The notes below the pieces were generated by a model. It was not told the DNA's origin. It saw nothing but the letters and a program-made list of their open reading frames with translations, and did no database searches. From an uncultured Spirochaetales bacterium (lineage in GTDB: Bacteria; Spirochaetota; GWE2-31-10; CAYYKD01), in assembly GCA_964608985.1 (NCBI GenBank), contig CAZSQU010000001.1, positions 18,549-82,548 on the forward strand: 64,000 nt of DNA. Reading direction: 5' to 3'. Both the position numbers and the translations under genes were made by a program. Positions 59,233-64,000 of this stretch are shown one piece after another (positions within the stretch are counted from its first letter, which is position 1; the number at the start of each line of letters is the position of its first letter).

Positions 59233-61110
59233 ATGTCTAAATTATTTACTATAATCTTTTTATTATTATTATTGACATGTAATCTGATTTACTCTAATAC
59301 TGCAGTTGATTACTATAATCAGGCAAATAGAGATTTTTTTTTAGAAGAATATAACGAAGCAATAGATAACTTAATGAGAGCTATTGAGATTAATCCTAAC
59401 TATATTGATGCAATTTTGTTATTGGCAAAAATACATTACCTGAATAATAACTTTGATTATGCTTTTAACTATGCAAATAGGGCGATGAGATTGTCTTCTA
59501 CCTCAAGAGATGTAATTCTTTTTGTCGCGGCTATTGAGATTAAGTTGCAAAGATACAGCGATGCTGAAGCCAAATATCGACAGGTCTTGCAAAATGATCC
59601 CCTTAATGCAGAAGCACAAAATGGTCTTTCAGAAATATATCTACTAACCGGTAACGCTATAATGGCGAGAAGAACACTTGAACAAATCTTAAACAGGGAT
59701 AGTACAAATTTTACAGCGAATCTCTTGATGGCAAAATATTATGAGGATATAAATAGTGCTCAAGCAATTCAATATTATGAAAATAACATACGGCTAAACT
59801 CTCTTAACCCGGACTCTTTCTATACATATTCTGTTTATCTATATAAGATAGGAGAATTTCAAAAAGCATATATTCATATTAATACAGCAATGCAGATATC
59901 AAACAAACCGAATTATAAAAACTTTTATGCAAAATTGTTGCTGTCATTGAACAGACCGGATCAATCTGTTGAGATATTCAGATCTTTACTGGGAAATGAT
60001 AACGATAATCTTGTGTTTTATCATCTTTCTTTCGGGTATCTTATGAAAGGAGATTTTGAACAAGCAATAAGTTCATTAAATCGATCATTATTATTAAGAA
60101 GTGATGATGAAATTGCTGCCAGATTTTATGACAGCTTATTGATAGAACATTTGAATGGCAGTGATAATCGTAGAATATCCAGATCACTCCAACATTATAG
60201 GACTGCCATGGAAAATAAAAGAGGATCAAATCTCGATTTATATATTTTCTATCTTAAAGAATCTCTGAGGATAAATCCTCGCAATGTAGAATCACGCATA
60301 GAACTTGCAAACTATTATTTATCAAAAAATTTCCCGGAAAGATATATAAGAGAGTTATCTATTGTTAAGCAATATACTAATGACAGGTCAATTCTAGACA
60401 GAATTGAGATTGAATCTTCAAGAATATCGTACAGATTAGGTGATGACTGGGAGCTTAACCAATATCAGGTTCCTGTTATGCAATATAAAATTCCACTATT
60501 CATTAATGTAAATATTGAAAATCAACATTATAAAATTGAATCTATAGCTGCATATCTTCTGCAAAGGATAAGTTATGATAAGCAGAATTTTGTTATTGAG
60601 GTTTATGACGATTCAACATATAATCGTGCTCAAAAGAGAAACATTGCTCTATCTCTAAAAAGCCCGTTCTATTTCATTTTTTCTGCGGATGATAATAATA
60701 GATTAACAACCCTGAGTCTTTCAAGTTATAACAGTAACAACAATGAACTTATAAAAAATTATCGAGCTGTAAGACAGGGTAACAATAGATTAGTGTTATC
60801 AGCAACAAGCCTTTCAGATCAGATAGCAGATGACATACCTTTCAGGGCAAGAATAATAGGTATTAAAGATAATAGAGCTTTAATTAATGCAGGCAGATAT
60901 TCTGGTCTGAGATTAAGAGACCGATTTATTGTATTATCTAACAGAGAGTATCAGATAGAATTTGCAAGAGGTAAATATATTTATAATGACAATGATGTTA
61001 AAGGAAGCGGTTTATTAATAAAACTTGATGAAAATATAGCAGAAATCAGGTTAAATGAAAGGGGTTTCTTTAGAGAAATAAACATAGATGATATAATAAT
61101 TTTTGAATAG
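59233..61110 (+). CDS. TPR-repeat protein, secreted/anchored
   Basis: 625 aa. N-terminal hydrophobic signal, then multiple TPR-like repeats ([18 protein letters not shown]...). Confidence 0.7.
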   Translation: MSKLFTIIFLLLLLTCNLIYSNTAVDYYNQANRDFFLEEYNEAIDNLMRAIEINPNYIDAILLLAKIHYLNNNFDYAFNYANRAMRLSSTSRDVILFVAAIEIKLQRYSDAEAKYRQVLQNDPLNAEAQNGLSEIYLLTGNAIMARRTLEQILNRDSTNFTANLLMAKYYEDINSAQAIQYYENNIRLNSLNPDSFYTYSVYLYKIGEFQKAYIHINTAMQISNKPNYKNFYAKLLLSLNRPDQSVEIFRSLLGNDNDNLVFYHLSFGYLMKGDFEQAISSLNRSLLLRSDDEIAARFYDSLLIEHLNGSDNRRISRSLQHYRTAMENKRGSNLDLYIFYLKESLRINPRNVESRIELANYYLSKNFPERYIRELSIVKQYTNDRSILDRIEIESSRISYRLGDDWELNQYQVPVMQYKIPLFINVNIENQHYKIESIAAYLLQRISYDKQNFVIEVYDDSTYNRAQKRNIALSLKSPFYFIFSADDNNRLTTLSLSSYNSNNNELIKNYRAVRQGNNRLVLSATSLSDQIADDIPFRARIIGIKDNRALINAGRYSGLRLRDRFIVLSNREYQIEFARGKYIYNDNDVKGSGLLIKLDENIAEIRLNERGFFREINIDDIIIFE

Positions 61111-61120
61111 AGGAGTTGTT

Positions 61121-62428
61121 ATGATTTTAAACAAAGATAATGAGACAATCAACAGAGATATTCTTAGAAATCAACAATCTGACAATCTTGTTAAGATGGT
61201 CAGGAAGCTTTATGATAAGGTTGATTTTTACAGAAAAAAAATGGATGCCAAAGGTGTGAAGCCGGATGATATCAGAAGTATTGATGATATTAAAAAATTA
61301 CCCTTTACCACAAAATATGAATTAAGGGATGTTTATCCTCTGGGGTTGGCGGCTGTTGATACGAAGGAATTTGTCGAGATACATACCTCGAGCGGTACAA
61401 CCGGTAAACCTGTTGTTGATGCCTATACCAAGCGAGATATTGAAATTTGGTCAGAAGTTATGGCTCGGACATTGTCAATGGGTGGTGCAACATCTGAGGA
61501 TATAGTTCAGAACGGTTATGGTTACGGTTTGTTTACAGGCGGTCTTGGTGTACATTATGGTACAAGAGAATTGGGGGCTTGTGTTATCCCGATTTCAGCA
61601 GGAAACACAGCACGACAATTACAAATATTACAGGATTTTAATCCAACTATTCTAACATGTACTCCTTCTTATTCACTCTATCTTGCTGAAGTCGCAAAAG
61701 AAACAGGTTTCGATCTAAAAAAAAGTTCTTTAAAGGCGGGCTTTTTTGGTGCAGAGCCGTGGTCAGAAACAATGAGAACTGAGATTGAAAAGGAACTAGG
61801 TATTAAAGCTTATGATATCTATGGATTAACAGAGATTATCGGCCCCGGGGTTGCAAGTGAATGTGAGGAGCAGAATATGCTTCATTTTTTTGAGGATCAT
61901 TTTTATCCGGAAATTATCGATCCGGTAACAGAAGAGGTATTACCTTATGGAACAAAAGGCGAGCTTGTTATAACAACTCTTACAAAAGAGGGAACTCCAA
62001 TACTCAGATATAGAACAAGAGATATCACTTATTTGGAACCTGAACAATGTAAATGCGGAAGAACTTTTATTAGAATGCATCGTCTTCTCGGAAGATCTGA
62101 TGATATGTTAATAATTAGAGGGGTTAATGTGTTTCCATCACAGATTGAGGAGGTGTTATTAAAATTTGAAGGTATAGAACCACATTATCAGCTAATTGTT
62201 GATAAAAAAGGTCATATGGATTATCTTGAGGTTCAGGTTGAGATGAATGATAAACTGTTTTCTGATGAAATAAAACAACTTGAAGAAACAGAAAAACAGA
62301 TCGAATCAAAAATATATGGCACTTTGAACATTCATACCAAGGTTAAACTTGTAGAACCAAAATCAATACAGAGAAGTGAAGGCAAAGCAAAAAGAATAAT
62401 TGATAAAAGGGAAAAAATGGGAGGTTAG
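61121..62428 (+). CDS. paaK: phenylacetate-CoA ligase family (PaaK-like aryl-/indoleacetate-CoA ligase)
   Basis: Track ORF trimmed to the ATG after a GAGGAG RBS. 435 aa with the adenylate-forming motif [13 protein letters not shown] and a PaaK-like N-terminus. Confidence 0.8.
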   Translation: MILNKDNETINRDILRNQQSDNLVKMVRKLYDKVDFYRKKMDAKGVKPDDIRSIDDIKKLPFTTKYELRDVYPLGLAAVDTKEFVEIHTSSGTTGKPVVDAYTKRDIEIWSEVMARTLSMGGATSEDIVQNGYGYGLFTGGLGVHYGTRELGACVIPISAGNTARQLQILQDFNPTILTCTPSYSLYLAEVAKETGFDLKKSSLKAGFFGAEPWSETMRTEIEKELGIKAYDIYGLTEIIGPGVASECEEQNMLHFFEDHFYPEIIDPVTEEVLPYGTKGELVITTLTKEGTPILRYRTRDITYLEPEQCKCGRTFIRMHRLLGRSDDMLIIRGVNVFPSQIEEVLLKFEGIEPHYQLIVDKKGHMDYLEVQVEMNDKLFSDEIKQLEETEKQIESKIYGTLNIHTKVKLVEPKSIQRSEGKAKRIIDKREKMGG

Positions 62429-62429
62429 T

Positions 62430-62861
62430 ATGTTTATAAAACAGATATCTATTTTTATTGAGAATCAAAAGGGGCGTTTATCATATATAACTGATGTTTT
62501 AGAAAAAAATAATATTAATATAAGAGCATTGTTTCTTGCAGAAACCGGTGAATTTGGAATTTTAAGAATTATTGTTAATGAACCTGAAATTTGTGAGGAA
62601 ATACTAAAAAAAAATAATATTGTTGCTAAAATTACGCCTGTTATTGGATTTGAAGTCGATGATACCCCAGGTGGGATCGGTAAAGTACTAAGATTGCTTG
62701 CCGAAAAGAATATTAATGTAGAATATATATATGCTTTTGTGGAAAAAATTCAGAATAAAGCGATTGTTGCTGCAAAAACCGGAGATCAAGAGCAAGCATA
62801 TACTATATTAAAGAGCAACGGTGTCCAAGTTTTGGATCCCAAAACCCTAAAAAATATATAA
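62430..62861 (+). CDS. ACT-domain protein (PaaK-associated type)
   Basis: Track ORF trimmed to an ATG with a GGAGG RBS. 143 aa with two ACT-like halves (ISIFIENQKGRL...; IGFEVDDTPGGIGKV...). Confidence 0.65.
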   Translation: MFIKQISIFIENQKGRLSYITDVLEKNNINIRALFLAETGEFGILRIIVNEPEICEEILKKNNIVAKITPVIGFEVDDTPGGIGKVLRLLAEKNINVEYIYAFVEKIQNKAIVAAKTGDQEQAYTILKSNGVQVLDPKTLKNI

Positions 62862-62996
62862 ATTGCAAATATTTGAAATTAATTTTAAACTTTTTATTAA
62901 TATTTTAAAAATTTGTCTTGATTTGTTTATAAAAATATAATATGATATTCCTCGTAGCTTGCCATTTTGGCTTGCATTATTTATTTAGGAGTTTTT

Positions 62997-63296
62997 ATGT
63001 CTGTGAACATTTATGTAGGGAATCTTCCCTATCAACTTAGCGAAGATTCGTTAAGAGAAGTATTTAGTCCGTATGGTGAAGTTATATCAACAAGAGTCAT
63101 TGTTGATAGAGAAACAAAAAGATCAAGAGGTTTTGGTTTTGTTGAAATGGGTACTGAAGAAGAAGCCAACAAAGCAATTCAAGAACTTCATGAAGCTGAT
63201 GTTGATGGTAGAAAGCTAAAAGTTAATATAGCTAAGCCAATTGAAGAAGGCAGAAGATCTTTCAACAACAACCGTGGTGGTGGAAGAAACTACTAA
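62997..63296 (+). CDS. RRM-type RNA-binding protein with Gly/Arg-rich tail
   Basis: Track ORF trimmed to ATG MSVNIYVGNL, which is RNP-2. RNP-1 is RGFGFVEM. AGGAG RBS. 99 aa. Confidence 0.85.
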   Translation: MSVNIYVGNLPYQLSEDSLREVFSPYGEVISTRVIVDRETKRSRGFGFVEMGTEEEANKAIQELHEADVDGRKLKVNIAKPIEEGRRSFNNNRGGGRNY

Positions 63297-63330
63297 TTTA
63301 AATCTTATTTTTGATATATATTCGAAAATA

Positions 63331-63358
63331 GGGGCTGTCTTTAGACAGCCTCTTTTTT
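63331..63358. terminator. rho-independent terminator between convergent genes
   Basis: ggctgtct-tt-agacagcc followed by tctttttt. Confidence 0.6.
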
Positions 63359-63376
63359 ATTAATCGATGTATGATA

Positions 63377-63964
63377 CTATTTTTTAGATTTATTATATTT
63401 GTCAATAAGCCTCGATCTGTATTCATTAAATGTAGTTTTTAATTCTATACAATTCTTAGAAAACTCTTCTGCAGCAATATAGAGATCATTCTCATGTTGA
63501 ATAAGATCTCTTTGTTCTCTTGTAGTTTTAAGATACTTTGTTCTGAATTTAATGTATTGTTCTTTTTTTGCAAGAAGTTCAAAGACGCCTGAATTCTCAA
63601 CCTCTCTATATGCCTGCATACATACAAATGTATCGCATACCAAAGAAGTGTTAAATTCATACTTAACATTCATATCCAACAATTTATCAAGTATTCTAAA
63701 TATTTTATCAATATCTTCTGATGGGAGTGATTTGATTTTATAATTAGCTTTTAATTCATAGTCTATTGTAGGGTTTTTTCTTAGAAACAGCTTAAATTCA
63801 TCCTCGTTAATGTGCAGTTCATACAGTAAAAGAATTTGGAGGGATTTTAAAATTTCAAGCAAATAATCCTGTATTACTTGTATCCATTTTGAAGGAGCTT
63901 TTGTATTGTCATATGTCTCTTTGTAGTAAGTTAATCCTGATTTCCATCTTTTGTAAGAAGCCAT
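63377..63964 (-). CDS. hypothetical protein
   Basis: 195-aa ORF with no recognisable motif. Confidence 0.5.
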   Translation of the reverse strand: MASYKRWKSGLTYYKETYDNTKAPSKWIQVIQDYLLEILKSLQILLLYELHINEDEFKLFLRKNPTIDYELKANYKIKSLPSEDIDKIFRILDKLLDMNVKYEFNTSLVCDTFVCMQAYREVENSGVFELLAKKEQYIKFRTKYLKTTREQRDLIQHENDLYIAAEEFSKNCIELKTTFNEYRSRLIDKYNKSKK

Positions 63965-64000
63965 GTCAAAATTGATCTTGTTTGCTCTAACAAAATCCTC

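Noticed and set aside
1-64000. Mobile elements, prophage, CRISPR-Cas or RNA genes
   Set aside because: No transposase, integrase or Cas-like ORFs. No spacer-repeat arrays. No rRNA, and no intergenic region large or structured enough to hold a tRNA or tmRNA was seen. Intergenic spacers are short and AT-rich.

Overview
This is a 64-kb, densely coding, very AT-rich window (GC is visibly low by eye, roughly 30%; not computed) from a Gram-negative-type anaerobe. It carries about 50 protein genes on both strands. I found no rRNA, tRNA, CRISPR array, transposase or integrase. Coordinates for promoters, hairpins and repeats were counted by hand and may be off by 1-2 nt.

Recognisable housekeeping genes:
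- DNA repair and recombination: a UvrD/PcrA/Rep helicase, yebC-ruvC-ruvA-ruvB, rarA, and a canonical recC-recB-recD operon.
- Amino-acid metabolism: hisG, hisI, a MetY-like enzyme, lysS.
- Cell envelope and protein export: lgt, sppA.
- Small-molecule metabolism: gpsA, ridA.
- Translation and RNA quality control: smpB and the conserved phoH / 7TM-HD / ybeY / corC cluster.
- Ungrouped: three TPR proteins.

Metabolic genes point to anaerobic fermentation. A TtuC-like decarboxylating dehydrogenase sits upstream of a four-subunit 2-oxoacid:ferredoxin oxidoreductase in delta-alpha-beta-gamma order. There is also a PaaK-like aryl-CoA ligase with an ACT-domain partner.

The organism is probably a spirochaete. 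A secreted protein resembles flagellar sheath protein FlaA, and a perfect sigma-28 -10 motif (GCCGATAA) lies upstream of it.

The most unusual content is a pair of adjacent genes on the + strand:
- A 1447-aa protein with two BadF/BcrA-type activase ATPase modules fused to a 2-hydroxyacyl-CoA-dehydratase-like domain.
- A cytoplasmic chemoreceptor whose sensor is a [FeFe]-hydrogenase-like domain, a putative H2 sensor, fused to an MCP signalling domain.

Other items worth a second look:
- Two co-oriented giant polyacidic low-complexity proteins, one carrying a near-perfect 16-unit 12-bp coding tandem repeat.
- A roughly 207-bp element bounded by 13-15-bp inverted repeats in the lysS leader.
- A membrane adenylate cyclase and a multi-TM protein translationally coupled to recCBD.
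- Several 8-9-nt poly-G/C tracts inside essential-looking genes of this low-GC genome.

All calls rest on reading the provided translations and sequence by eye. No database searches were run.
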